Assembly: GCA_964291295.2 (NCBI GenBank)
Contig: OZ219754.1
Coordinates: forward strand, 640,001-704,000
Reading direction: 5' to 3'
Origin: an uncultured Candidatus Binatia bacterium
GTDB taxonomy: Bacteria; Desulfobacterota; Binatia; UBA9968; JAJDTQ01
DNA: 64,000 nt
Under the pieces are notes generated by a model, which saw only the letters and a program-made list of their open reading frames with translations, had not been told where the DNA came from and made no database searches. This document shows, piece by piece, positions 10,209-21,237 of this stretch. Both the position numbers and the translations under genes were made by a program. Positions within the stretch are counted from its first letter, which is position 1. The number at the start of each line of letters is the position of its first letter.

Positions 10209-11258
10209 CTACGGACTCCGCACCGGCGCGGTGGCGACCTCACTCACCGGCACCCCATAGAAATCGGCGGCATTCCGGCAAAGGATACGGCGCTTGTTCT
10301 CGCCGGTGAGGTCGTCTCGTCTGCGCAGCTTCTCGACCGAGTGGGGCCAGTCCGTGTCCCAGTGGGGGTTGTCGGAGGAGTAAAGCAGGCAGCGGTCGCC
10401 AATGTGGCGGATGGCGTCCGGGATGGTGAGTTCCTCGCACTCCACGCCGAAGTAGCACCGGCCGCTCTTCACATACTCGCTGGGCGGCCGCGTGCACAGC
10501 GGCGCCTCCACGTCGCCGCGCTTCTCCCACTCTTCATCAAGCCGGTCCATCCAGTACGGCACCCAGCCGGCGCCCGACTCCAGGAACCCGACCTTCAGCC
10601 CGGGATAGCGCTCCAGCACGCCGCCGAAGATGAGCTGGGTCATGGCGATCATCTGCTCGAACGGATGGGTCACGGCATGGATCGCCAGGAACTTGTCGAA
10701 GCGGTCCGTACCGGCCGCATCGCGCGGCTGGCTGTGTACGGCGATGGGCACGTCCAATCGTTCCACCGCGGCATAGAAGGGGTCCAGTTCCCGGTCCGAG
10801 AGCTTGCGCCAAGCCACATAGGTGGGCACCTGCACCGCCACCATGCCCAATTCCACCAGCCGCTCGAGCTCCTCCACCGCACTCGCCACTTCCTGCAGGG
10901 CAACGATGCCCACGCCCTTGATGCGGTCCGGCGCGGCACCGCAGAACTCGTGCAGCCACTGGTTGTACGCCGAGGACAACACCCGCGCCCGGGCCGGGTC
11001 GCGCACGTTGCCGATGCCCAACCCCGCGGTCGGAAAAAGCACCGCCGTGTCGATGCCCTCCGCGTCGATATCCGACAGCTGCCGCTCGGGATCCGCCACC
11101 CGATGCCCCATGCGCCCCAGATTCCGGTCCCAGCCGTCGTGGGGAAACAGCTCGCGGGCCGAGCGGTAGGGTTCGGGGATCCGCTCCCGGTAGGCGGTCA
11201 TGGGCTCGGTCAGGTGGCCATCCGCGTCAATGACAGGATATCCGATCATTTCCTGCAA
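10209..11258 (-). CDS. Amidohydrolase_2 family protein
   Basis: IDADGH, AYNQW, IAVH, FLESGAGWVP, YSSDNPHWD. Confidence 0.9.
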   Translation of the reverse strand: MQEMIGYPVIDADGHLTEPMTAYRERIPEPYRSARELFPHDGWDRNLGRMGHRVADPERQLSDIDAEGIDTAVLFPTAGLGIGNVRDPARARVLSSAYNQWLHEFCGAAPDRIKGVGIVALQEVASAVEELERLVELGMVAVQVPTYVAWRKLSDRELDPFYAAVERLDVPIAVHSQPRDAAGTDRFDKFLAIHAVTHPFEQMIAMTQLIFGGVLERYPGLKVGFLESGAGWVPYWMDRLDEEWEKRGDVEAPLCTRPPSEYVKSGRCYFGVECEELTIPDAIRHIGDRCLLYSSDNPHWDTDWPHSVEKLRRRDDLTGENKRRILCRNAADFYGVPVSEVATAPVRSP

Positions 11259-11314
11259 CTCCCTCCTGCCGCCGGCTCCCTCTTCACCGGTTCCCTCTTG
11301 CCGCCGGCCGTCCC

Positions 11315-12391
11315 CTACAGCCCGTAGAACCGCCGCGGATTGTCGTCGACGATCCGGGCATGCATCGCATCACTGATGCCGCCGGTCTCCTTGAGCGACG
11401 TGAGGGCCTCCAACTCCGTGGAGGAATCGGCGTGTCCGTAGTCCGTGCCGATCATCAGCGCACCCTCGCCGGCCTGTCGCAGCAGGTAGGGCACATCGTC
11501 ACCGATCTGGCAGGTCACGAACAGGCTGTAGTCCCGCAGCAGGTCTTCCGGCAGCTTGTGGTCCACCGTGTCCAGCCGGCGGCGCAATTCGTAGACCACC
11601 CAGGGGATCCACGATGCCGCGGTCTCGATGAAGCCGAACCGGAGCCCGGGAAAGGTCCGGGGCACCCCGGAACTCACCAACCGAAAGAAGGCGCCGACGT
11701 TGAAAATACGGTACTGGTTGAAGAACTCGCGGGTGCCGTCGGGATTCGCCATCATGTCCACGAGGTCGGCATTGCCGTTGGACTGGTGCAGGCCGATGCA
11801 CATGTCCCGCTTCGAAGCCTCCTCGTAGATCGGGAAGAAGTACGGATCATCGACGCTGCGGCGGCCCTCCATGGGCCGCATGAAGATGCCGCAGGCGCCG
11901 TTCTCCCGGGCGAAGCGCAACTGGTCCAATGCGTCCGGCAGGCTGAGGAAAGGCAGCACGCACATCCAGCGCAGCCGCCCCCGGCCCTCCTTCCAGATGT
12001 CCGCGAGCCAGCGGTTGTAGGCACCGCAAAGAGCCACATCCACTTCCGGACGCTCGGTGCACGGGTCCAGGAAGATGCTCGTATAGAGCACCTGCACGTC
12101 GATGCCCAATTCATCCATGTGCGCCAGCCGCGCCCCCACATTGGCCACGTCGCGGGTTTCCCCGGAGGTCGTCATCTGCCGGCCGACCTGCCGCGACCGC
12201 TTCACCAGCGCCTCCTCCGTGAACGTGAACCGGAACAGGCCCCGGATCTGCCCGTCGATGACCCAGTTCTGCCGCTGCGTCCCGTCGTCGGGGTCGAAAA
12301 GGGCCGGCCGGTACTTCCGCTCCGAGGGCGCAAGATAGTCCCACGTGCGCGGGCTCTCGACAACATGCGCGTCAGCGTCTACCCATCCCAC
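11315..12391 (-). CDS. Amidohydrolase_2 family protein
   Basis: VDADAHVVE, AYNRW, FIETAASW, GTDYGHAD; start placed at GTG 12391 after GGAGG. Confidence 0.88.
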   Translation of the reverse strand: MGWVDADAHVVESPRTWDYLAPSERKYRPALFDPDDGTQRQNWVIDGQIRGLFRFTFTEEALVKRSRQVGRQMTTSGETRDVANVGARLAHMDELGIDVQVLYTSIFLDPCTERPEVDVALCGAYNRWLADIWKEGRGRLRWMCVLPFLSLPDALDQLRFARENGACGIFMRPMEGRRSVDDPYFFPIYEEASKRDMCIGLHQSNGNADLVDMMANPDGTREFFNQYRIFNVGAFFRLVSSGVPRTFPGLRFGFIETAASWIPWVVYELRRRLDTVDHKLPEDLLRDYSLFVTCQIGDDVPYLLRQAGEGALMIGTDYGHADSSTELEALTSLKETGGISDAMHARIVDDNPRRFYGL

Positions 12392-13023
12392 TGGATACCC
12401 TCCTTCCATGCTTCCGTGGAGTGCCCTGGAACACGCACCCGAGATTATCCGGGTCGAAACCGGACCGTCAACCGGATTCGGCCTGCTCGGCCGGCTCTTG
12501 CCGGCGGTTGGCCGGCGCCAGATGACGGTGGCTGAGGACCGCCCGGGGACCGAAAACCGTCCGGGAACCACCCGAGGATCGCTTTCACGAACCGCGCCCA
12601 GCGCCCGGTCCCTGGCCCGGTTCCTGCCCTCGTCCCTGGCCTCGTCCTCGTCTTCATCCCTATCCTTATTCCTCTTGGCGCATCGTCAGGCCCCCGGCGC
12701 GGGATTCCCGCGTTGACCTCCCGACCGAATCCTGACATGCAGGAACACACCCGCCCATGACAGGCGTCGTGGACCCGGATACGGCCATTGCCACGGATGA
12801 CACCCGTGGCCGCGCATGCAGGGACTTTCCGGTCCGGCTTTCCGGTCGGGGGCAGTCCTCGGTCGGGGGGAATCTTCGCTCCGGGAGCAGTCTTCGCTTC
12901 CTGGAATTATCCGGTCCGGGGATTTCTTCGATCCGGAACCATGAACCCGACACGACTCCCGGCCCTTGAGACCCGCATGCCGGCGAAATCGGTGGCGTGA
13001 AATGGGTGGCGTAATTGGGCGAG

Positions 13024-13103
13024 GAGATGCATTGAAACAAGGTCCGGCGCATTGAAGCAAGGTCCGGCGCATTGAAGCAAGGCAAGATGCATTGAAACAG
13101 AGT
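13024..13103. repeat. Four tandem 20-bp direct repeats with core GCATTGAA(A/G)CA
   Basis: gagatgcattgaaacaaggt / ccggcgcattgaagcaaggt / ccggcgcattgaagcaaggc / aagatgcattgaaacagagt. Confidence 0.9.
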
Positions 13104-13191
13104 GTGGCGCGTGCATGGAGGGCAGCAATCCTGGCGTGGCCAGCCGCCACCCGCTGCGCCCAGTCGTGCGATGCGTTCATGGAGGACAGCA

Positions 13192-14652
13192 ATGAGCAGC
13201 AAGGACATCGCTTTCGTCGACACGACCCTGCGTGACGGGCACCAGAGCCTGTGGGCGGAGAACATGACCACGGGCATGATGCTGCCGGTGGCCGAGCAGA
13301 TGGACCGGGCCGGCTTCGAGGCCATGGAACTGATCTCCGGCTCGCACCTCAAGAAGTGCGTGCGGGAGCTCAAGGAGGATCCTTGGGAGCGGGTCCGTCT
13401 GGTGGCCCGGCGCATCTCCGAGACGCCGCTCCGGGTCATCGCCGGCCGCGTCAACACGTTCGAGTTCAACCCGCTGTGCATGTACCGCCTGTTCATGGAG
13501 CGCATGGCCGCCAACGGCATCCGGGAGGCGCGCATCTCCGAGGAATGGAACGATGCCGCCGGGTGGAAGCGCAAGGTGGAGGTGTCGCGGGAGGTGGGCA
13601 TCAAGCCCATCATCAACATGATCTACTCGGTATCGCCCAAGCACACCGATGCGTACTTTGCCCGGAAGACCCGCGAGGCCGCCGCCCTCGACGTACCGAT
13701 CATCTGCCTGAAGGACCCCGGCGGCCTGCTGACGCCGGAGCGCATGCGAACGCTGGTGCCGGTGATGTTCGAGAACTGCAACGGCATCCCCATCGAACTC
13801 CACACCCACTGCACCACCGGTCTGGGGCCGCTGTGTTGCCTGGAAGCCATGGACCTGGGGATCCGGAGCGTCAATACCGCGGTGCCTCCGCTGGCCGACA
13901 GCTCCTCCAATCCCTCGGTCTTCAACGTCGCGCGCAACGCCCGGGCGTTGGGCTACAACCCGCTCGTGGACGAGTCCGTGCTGGAGCCCGTCTCCGAGCA
14001 TTTCATGACCATCGCCAGGCGCGAGGGATTTCCCATCGGCCGGCCCGTGGAATACGACTACGCCCAGTACCAGCACCAGGTGCCGGGCGGCATGCGGTCC
14101 AACCTCCAGCACCAGCTCGACAAGGTGCGGCTGGGAGACCGGTTCCCGCAGGCCCTCGAAGAATCCATCCGGGTGCGCGCCGAGTTCGGCTATCCCATCA
14201 TGGTGACGCCGCTGTCCCAGTTCGTGGGCAGCCAGGCGGCGCTGAACGTGATCGTGGGGGACCGCTACCGGGAGGTCACCGACCAGGTGATCCGCTATGC
14301 CCTGGGGCGGGCCGGAGAGGAAGGCGGGCGGCTCATGGATCCCGATGTCAAGGACAAGATCCTCGACCGGCCCCGGGCCAGGGAAATCGCCGCACAGGAA
14401 CCCGAGGAGACGCCCCTCTCCGAAATGCGCGCCAAGCTCGGCGGCGACGGCGTGTCCGACGAAGAATTGCTGCTGCGCTGGCTTCTGAGCGAAGCCGAGA
14501 TCACCGAGATGCGCGCGGCCGCACCGCCCCGGGCCTACGCCAGCACCACCCGGCCGGTGGTGGCGCTGGTGGAGCAACTCACGCGGAGAGCCGACCTGGG
14601 CCACGTCCGCGTGGCCACGGGCGAGGTTTCCGTAACGCTGGACAGACGGTGA
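13192..14652 (+). CDS. Pyruvate carboxylase subunit B / oxaloacetate decarboxylase alpha-like carboxyltransferase (no biotinyl domain)
   Basis: DTTLRDGHQSL, LKDPGGLLTP, HTHCTTG, HQVPGGM, GYPIMVTPLSQFVGSQA; GGAGG RBS; no AMKM motif. Confidence 0.88.
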   Translation: MSSKDIAFVDTTLRDGHQSLWAENMTTGMMLPVAEQMDRAGFEAMELISGSHLKKCVRELKEDPWERVRLVARRISETPLRVIAGRVNTFEFNPLCMYRLFMERMAANGIREARISEEWNDAAGWKRKVEVSREVGIKPIINMIYSVSPKHTDAYFARKTREAAALDVPIICLKDPGGLLTPERMRTLVPVMFENCNGIPIELHTHCTTGLGPLCCLEAMDLGIRSVNTAVPPLADSSSNPSVFNVARNARALGYNPLVDESVLEPVSEHFMTIARREGFPIGRPVEYDYAQYQHQVPGGMRSNLQHQLDKVRLGDRFPQALEESIRVRAEFGYPIMVTPLSQFVGSQAALNVIVGDRYREVTDQVIRYALGRAGEEGGRLMDPDVKDKILDRPRAREIAAQEPEETPLSEMRAKLGGDGVSDEELLLRWLLSEAEITEMRAAAPPRAYASTTRPVVALVEQLTRRADLGHVRVATGEVSVTLDRR

Positions 14653-14857
14653 ACCGGAACGGGCAGGAGGTGGCGGAGGAGTAGGGGAGTAGACAAGCAG
14701 GAGTAGACAAGTCGTAGAGAACAGGAGAATGGGAGAGACAGGCTGAGCGTCCCGACTGCCGGGGGGACGGCGGCCACTGGGGCGCTGGCAACTGTTCGGG
14801 CGTCGCCGGCGACATGCCAAGGGCCGGTTGCCATGACCGCACGACGAGGAGGCCGTC

Positions 14858-16486
14858 ATCGCCACCCATAAACTCACCGCATTGCCGGCGTGGCAGGATC
14901 TCGCCGGCCACTACCGCAAGATCAGGGACGTGCACCTCCGCACGCTGTTCGCCCAGGACCATACCCGCGGCGAACGGTTCGCCGTCGAGGGGGCCGGGCT
15001 CTATCTCGACTACTCCAAGAACCGTATCACCGGCGAAACCCTGAGCCTGCTGCTGGAACTGGCCCGGGCCACCGGCCTGAAGGAACGCATCGACGCCATG
15101 TTCGGCGGCGACCGGATCAACGTCACCGAGGGGAGGCCGGTGCTGCATGTGGCGCTGCGGGCACCCCGCGGCCAGCGCATCCTGGTGGACGGAGAGGACG
15201 TGGTCGCCGGCGTGCACGCGGTGCTCGACCGAATGGCATCGTTCGCGGACCGGGTCCGCTCCGGCGAGTGGAAAGGATACACCGGGAAACGCATCCGCAA
15301 CGTGGTCAATATCGGCATCGGCGGCTCCGACCTGGGACCGGTGATGGCCTGCGAGGCGCTCCGGCACTACAGCCAGCGGTCCCTCAACCTGGGCTTCGTC
15401 TCCAACGTCGACGCCACCGACTTCGCCGAGACCACCCGAGGCCTGGACCCCGCGGAAACCCTGTTCATCGTCAGCTCCAAGACCTTCACCACCCTGGAGA
15501 CCTTGAAGAACGCCCACACGGCCCGTGAGTGGTGCCTCGGCGCACTCGAGGACGAGGCTGCCGTGGCCAGCCATTTCGTCGCCGTGTCCACCAACCACGA
15601 GGAGGTGCGGCGTTTCGGCATCGACACCGACAACATGTTCGGCTTCTGGGACTGGGTCGGCGGCCGCTATTCCTTCGACTCCGCCATCGGCCTGTCGTTG
15701 ATGATCGGCGTCGGGCCGGCCAACTTCCGGGCCATGCTCGACGGCCTCCACGCCATGGACACGCACTTTCGCAGCGCCCCCTTCAAGGAAAACCTGCCCG
15801 TCCTGCTGGGCCTCCTGGGCATCTGGTACAACAACTTTTTCGGCGGCGAGACCCACTCCATCCTGCCCTACGACCAGTACCTGTGGCGCCTGAGCGCCTA
15901 CTGCCAGCAACTCGACATGGAGAGCAACGGCAAACATGTAAACCTGGACGGCGAGGCCGTGGACTACCAGACCGGCCCGATCATCTGGGGACAGCCCGGC
16001 ACCAACGGCCAGCACGCCTACTACCAGTTGATCCACCAGGGCACCCGGCTCATCCCGTGCGACTTCATCGGCTTCTGCCAATCCCTCAATCCCCTCGGCA
16101 ACCACCACGACCTGCTGATGGCCAACCTCTTCGCCCAGACCGAAGCACTAGCCTTCGGCAAGACCGCAGAGGAAGCCGCCGCCGAAGGCATGCCGGCACA
16201 CCAGGTGCCGCACCGGACCTTCGAGGGCAACCGCCCCACCAACACGATCCTGGCCCAGCGCCTGACCCCCGAAACACTCGGCAAGATCATCGGCCTCTAC
16301 GAACACAAGGTCTTCGTCCAGGGCTCCATCTGGGGCATCAACTCCTTCGACCAATGGGGCGTCGAACTGGGCAAGGCCCTGGCCCAGCGCATCGTGCCGG
16401 AACTGGAAAGCACCGACGCACCGCCACTCCGCCACGACAGTTCCACCAATGCGTTGATCCGGCGCTACCGCCGGCTGCGGGGGTGA
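14858..16486 (+). CDS. pgi: Glucose-6-phosphate isomerase (start ATC 14858 or TTG 14882)
   Basis: [50 protein letters not shown]. Confidence 0.97.
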   Translation: MATHKLTALPAWQDLAGHYRKIRDVHLRTLFAQDHTRGERFAVEGAGLYLDYSKNRITGETLSLLLELARATGLKERIDAMFGGDRINVTEGRPVLHVALRAPRGQRILVDGEDVVAGVHAVLDRMASFADRVRSGEWKGYTGKRIRNVVNIGIGGSDLGPVMACEALRHYSQRSLNLGFVSNVDATDFAETTRGLDPAETLFIVSSKTFTTLETLKNAHTAREWCLGALEDEAAVASHFVAVSTNHEEVRRFGIDTDNMFGFWDWVGGRYSFDSAIGLSLMIGVGPANFRAMLDGLHAMDTHFRSAPFKENLPVLLGLLGIWYNNFFGGETHSILPYDQYLWRLSAYCQQLDMESNGKHVNLDGEAVDYQTGPIIWGQPGTNGQHAYYQLIHQGTRLIPCDFIGFCQSLNPLGNHHDLLMANLFAQTEALAFGKTAEEAAAEGMPAHQVPHRTFEGNRPTNTILAQRLTPETLGKIIGLYEHKVFVQGSIWGINSFDQWGVELGKALAQRIVPELESTDAPPLRHDSSTNALIRRYRRLRG

Positions 16487-16873
16487 ACGGAGGGGGCGGC
16501 TGAGCAGAGAGGGGTGAACAAAGAGGGAGGTGGAGTTGGAGCGGCGGGGTGGGGTGAGTGCGGACGCCCGGGCAAAGGTTGGTGAAGAGATGGCTTTGAA
16601 GGGGATCAGTTGTATAAACTGGCAAGAGATTGCGAATGGAGAAGCATGGGGGAGTTGGCGGCGTGTTGAGTCAGTCACGGACCTGCGGACTTTTGGCATG
16701 GGAGGCGATGCTGCTCACACGAATCGTCAGCCAACGAGCTGCCGTGCTGTCCGGGCTGCCGCTGCAACGTTTTCAAAACTCCTTCATTCATCCGTGCCCA
16801 ACCCGTCCATCAGAGCCCCGGAACCCTTTGCCCAACGCCCCAACTCCTGCAGCGCACACTCCTTGAGATTCTG

Positions 16874-19460
16874 ATGGATAGTGTTCCCAACATCGATGGG
16901 AGCCTCGAACTGATCGGCGAATTCCGCCGGCGCTTTCCGCTCTTTGACCGCGTCATCGGCCGGTTCGGCGAGGACGCGCCGAGCGAGCGCATACCGTGGT
17001 TTTTCGGTTTCATCCTTGCAGCCGCCGCCACGCCGGGCGCAGGAGCATGCTGCATCGTCCTCGACAAGACCCCGGGCACCACGGCCATCGCGGCGATTCT
17101 GGCAGGTCTCATGCGGCTCCAACGCGATTTTTCCAGCCTTGTCGAACGGTATGCTCGCACCGGGATGGAGCGCGGACAGCGTGTCAAAGTCAGACCCACG
17201 GACTTCGTGTACGAGTACGATGGCGTCTGGGAGGAGTATCCGGATTTCTTCAAACTGAAACTGCTCGGCGAGGATGCTTGGCGGAGTATTCCGCTCGCTG
17301 ACGTGCTCAGACTGGAACCAACGGATCGCTTTCGGCCAAAGGGAACGGGCGCATCCGATCTCTTTGCTTCCAAGCGCAGCCACCTCGATCGTCTGCTCGA
17401 TCTCACGACCTGCGGAAACAACAGCCTTATCCAGAATACCGTGCTTGTACAGATGCCACGCGCCCACCTTGCGAGAATCGCCGACGCCACCGTACTCGCG
17501 CCAATGCATGCCAAGAAGTTTGCCCGTCTGTCCTGCTTCCTGCCTTGGGGCTTCATCGGACACGACGGTACTCTGAAGCCGAAAGATCCCTTGCAGGTCG
17601 TCGGGGAACCGCTCATTGCCGCGACAAGCGTACCCGAGGACTTGGCACTGGCTTCTTCGTCGGCGATCGCTGGCACGAGAATCGTACTCGCCGACGGAGC
17701 TCGCCGACTGGCACAAAACCTCCAGGCATTCGACGACATCGTCGACCGACAGCGGCTGGTCATCCTTGCATCGCCTGCAGAAAGCGAGGACTTCGAAATC
17801 CTCAGGGATCGCGGCTGCCCCGTATGGCGCATGTCAGCGGACGAAGTGCTGATAGGCGAGGCTCCCGCTGCCAAGCGAACACGCGCAAGCCTCGTCGGTG
17901 CCACACTACGGGCGGCCGAAATGCGACGCCACTGCAGCGTCGATACGATCGCCTGCAATGACGATGTCCTTCAGGCGGCAGCCGAGTCCCTGGAGCGAGT
18001 CGCGGAAATGACCGCAGACCGAGAGGAAGCGGTTGAGGTCACGGAAGCAGTGGGGCGGCTCTTCAGGATTTCTTCGATTTCAGTGAATGCTGTTTCGGCG
18101 TCGGAAAAGGTACCATCGATGATTTGCGAGCCGCCCGGGAACAGATGGCATCGCACTGGAGATGGCTGGAGCCTGGAGTTGCCGAAGAACTCCAACATGC
18201 CTTGAACGCCTTGGAACGTGCGGTCACCACAGGGTCCGGTGGCCAAAAGGCAACTGCGTTCCTGGACATCCTTTCCAACCACAATGGACAATGGGCTGTG
18301 GCGGCGAGAACGCCCCGGACCGCGGAACAGCTTCGGGATGGCCTGGACGCCCAGGGTTGCCGACCTCCGGTTCTGCCCATCTCAGTTGTCCGTCCGGAGC
18401 AAGAGTTTGACGGCATCATCGTACCGGCTTGGCCCAACGATCAAAGATTTACTCGCCTGAGACAGCTGTCGGTGACCCCGGACATCCGCATCCTCGCGTA
18501 CCCCTTTGAGAGAAAATGGATCTTGTGCCACCAAGTCCGTGAACGCTCACGCGCCCGGTCAATCCGGCTGGAAACCGGGGCACTGTCTACCATTCTCGGA
18601 ATTGAACCGCGGTTTCTCAACCCTTTGAACAGTGCCGGGAACAATGTTGATGATCCACCCGGGAAGGAAATTCCGCTCGACCTTCCGGTCTTCAGACTGG
18701 AGGAGCGTATCCTCCGCCGACAAATGACGCATCCGCCCCTTGCGTCGAGTGGCGAAGACAGCCGCCAAGCACAGCATGTCCGGTTCGTCGGCGGTTGCCA
18801 TTCCCTTCTGACGGAGTGGTCAGGACTGCCAGTGCTGAATGACCTTATCGACACCAGCAAGGGTGACAATGCCAAGCTCACCTACGCAAGGGCATCACAT
18901 CTGTCAAATGGCGACTTCGTGCTTTTCAGGGCCAGCGGAGACAAGGAATTCTTGCGACTGATTGCAGAAGAAAGCCTCGGAGCGCAGGAATATCAGCGTA
19001 TCCGCGACGTCGCCGACCGCTGGAAGGTACCACTGCGCCGCCTTGGCCATGGTCCTGCAGCGATTCAACGATGGCTGGCGGACCATGGCCTTGAACGCAC
19101 ACCCTCAACTATTGCCGGATGGCTCGACAACCCAAACCGAATAGGACCCGGCAGCCATGACGACATCGAAACCATCGCGAAGGTGACCGGGGACACGGAA
19201 CTCCTTTCCATCAAGGACGAGGTGCGGGAGGCCATCTCCCGGATCCGCGGCGCGCATCAGACCGCTGAATGCAGCTGACTCGGCTCATTCTCGGCGAACT
19301 CCATGGCAGGCTCAATGATCTGGACGACCAGCCAACACTGCTCGATTTCCATTACGGTCAGGCTTGGGTAGTCCAAGTGGAGTCTGTTGAGACAATGCAG
19401 CGGGTGTATCCCGCCAACCAGGTCAATCGGCTTCTTTGGGTCGCCGACCGCGCATTCTGA
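16874..19460 (+). pseudogene. DISARM DrmE-like protein, split by two frameshifts (about 18070 and 19267)
   Basis: Three overlapping ORFs (16874-18205, 18124-19278, 19269-19460) join into about 860 aa with two single-base insertions; C-terminal WLDNPNRIGP...IRGAH motif recalled from DrmE; lies upstream of a drmA-like start. Confidence 0.55.
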
Positions 19461-19473
19461 GGGAACATCACGG

Positions 19474-21237
19474 ATGGCGAAGATGATCCCGGCGAGGATC
19501 GACGACGACCGCGTCAGCGCCGGTGAACGCCGCGTTTTCGGATTGCTCGAGAATGATCCTGCAACGGCCGAGTGGACCGTACTCCACTCACTGGGAATTG
19601 CACGCAGACCGACCGGCCCGTACGGCGAGATCGATTTTGTCATCATCATCCCGGGCGAGGGTATCATCTGCCTTGAAATCAAAGGCGGACGCATATCCTG
19701 CGAGGCGGGCGTATGGCGGACAACGGACCGCCACGGGAGCCTCGCGACACTCAAGAAGAGCCCCTTCCTCCAGGCCCGCGACTCGATGTTCGCACTGCGC
19801 AACGCGATAGTCCGTCACTTTGGGGAAGCCGCTCCAGAGGCCCGGTGTCCAATCGGGTGCGCTGTCGTTTTCCCGGACGTGCCCTGTCCACCACTTACGC
19901 CGGAGTTCGAGCGTTCGGATGCCATCGACTCCGGTGACCTGCGGAAACCGATATCCAAATCCATCATGCGTGTCGCACACCGCAGGCTCCGCGAATTCCA
20001 GTCATCCCACGGCGCCCCCTTGCTGACCGCTTCCGAGACAAGGGCCATAAGGAACTTCCTGCGGCCGGACTTCGAGTTGATCGTCGCGAAAGGCGTGTCG
20101 GTCGAACGCATCGAAGAGAAGTTGCTGCGCCTCACCGAAGAACAATACGCCAGACTGGACGAACTTGAGGCCAACCCTCGCTGCCTTTTCGAGGGGGCAG
20201 CCGGAACCGGCAAGACCCTGATTGCGTTGGAATACGCGCGCCGGGCAAACAGTAACGGATCGAAGGTGACCCTTCTCTGTTTCAATCGTCTGCTTGGAGA
20301 ATGGTTGCAGGAACAGACAAGAGGCACCCGGATCACGGCCGGAACGTGGCATGGGATCGTCAAGCAGCTTGTTCTGGAGAGCAGCTTCGCAAACGAATTT
20401 CAGGAGGAAGAGCGAAAGGCACTACATGACGGCCATGCCGGAATATTATTTACGGAAACGTACCCCTTCTTTGCTGAACTCGCCCTGGAGGAACTGGGAA
20501 CTTCGTTCGACGTTCTGGTGATGGACGAAGCCCAGGACCTTTCCAGCCAATACGCACTCGACATTCTCGACATTGCCCTGCTCGACGGGTTCGCTGGTGG
20601 CCGCTGGGCCATCTTCGGTGACTTCACGCACCAGGCGCTGTATGGCGGCACCGAAGATCCCGTTGCCGCTTTCTCCCGCCGCTGTGACCACTTCGTCCAA
20701 GCACGGTTGACGTTGAATTGCAGAAACACGCGACGGATCGCCGAGGAAACCGCGCTTGTGGCAGGCTTCGACGAGCCCCCATTCAGACTGGGTGACGAGA
20801 TCGGGCTTCCCGTGGAATACAGGTATTGGAAAAAGCCTGCCAACCTCGTGGACTCGCTGACGAACTTGGTGGAGCGACTGGTCAAAGAGCAGATCCCCAT
20901 CGGGGACGTGATCATCCTGTCGCCGCGCCGCCTGGAGAATTCAAGTCTTGCAGATGTAGAGCGTATCTCACGCTTTCCGCTTGTGGACATTTCTCGTGGC
21001 CCTGCCGACAAGCGGCACGCCCTCAAATTTTCAACCATTCATTCCTTCAAGGGCCTCGAAAGTCCAGTGGTCATCATCATAGACATCAATCAAGTTGATT
21101 CGGGCGAGCCCCAGTCGCTCCTCTACGTCGCGATGTCGCGTGCCAAGAGCCTCCTTATCCTCATGATCAGCGAGGCCGCCCGAATTTCGCTGGAGCGCCG
21201 GATCAGGACAAGGATGGAACAGGAGCTTCACCGATGA
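19474..21237 (+). CDS. NERD nuclease domain + SF1 (UvrD-like) helicase
   Basis: GEIDFVI..EIKGG NERD motif, GAAGTGKT Walker A, MDEAQD, LTLNCRNT, TIHSFKGLE, LYVAMSRA. Confidence 0.9.
   Translation: MAKMIPARIDDDRVSAGERRVFGLLENDPATAEWTVLHSLGIARRPTGPYGEIDFVIIIPGEGIICLEIKGGRISCEAGVWRTTDRHGSLATLKKSPFLQARDSMFALRNAIVRHFGEAAPEARCPIGCAVVFPDVPCPPLTPEFERSDAIDSGDLRKPISKSIMRVAHRRLREFQSSHGAPLLTASETRAIRNFLRPDFELIVAKGVSVERIEEKLLRLTEEQYARLDELEANPRCLFEGAAGTGKTLIALEYARRANSNGSKVTLLCFNRLLGEWLQEQTRGTRITAGTWHGIVKQLVLESSFANEFQEEERKALHDGHAGILFTETYPFFAELALEELGTSFDVLVMDEAQDLSSQYALDILDIALLDGFAGGRWAIFGDFTHQALYGGTEDPVAAFSRRCDHFVQARLTLNCRNTRRIAEETALVAGFDEPPFRLGDEIGLPVEYRYWKKPANLVDSLTNLVERLVKEQIPIGDVIILSPRRLENSSLADVERISRFPLVDISRGPADKRHALKFSTIHSFKGLESPVVIIIDINQVDSGEPQSLLYVAMSRAKSLLILMISEAARISLERRIRTRMEQELHR

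Noticed and set aside
13024-13103. CRISPR array
   Set aside because: 20-bp period leaves no spacers and no cas genes are present; the 14-bp arrays fail for the same reason
16617-16621. Palindrome CAGTT-GTATA-AACTG (16607-16621) upstream of the defence island
   Set aside because: Single short palindrome with no match to an operator I can name
19270-19280. Selenocysteine readthrough at the TGA ending ORF 18124-19278
   Set aside because: The plausible continuation (MQLTRLIL...) is in another frame; a frameshift explains it better
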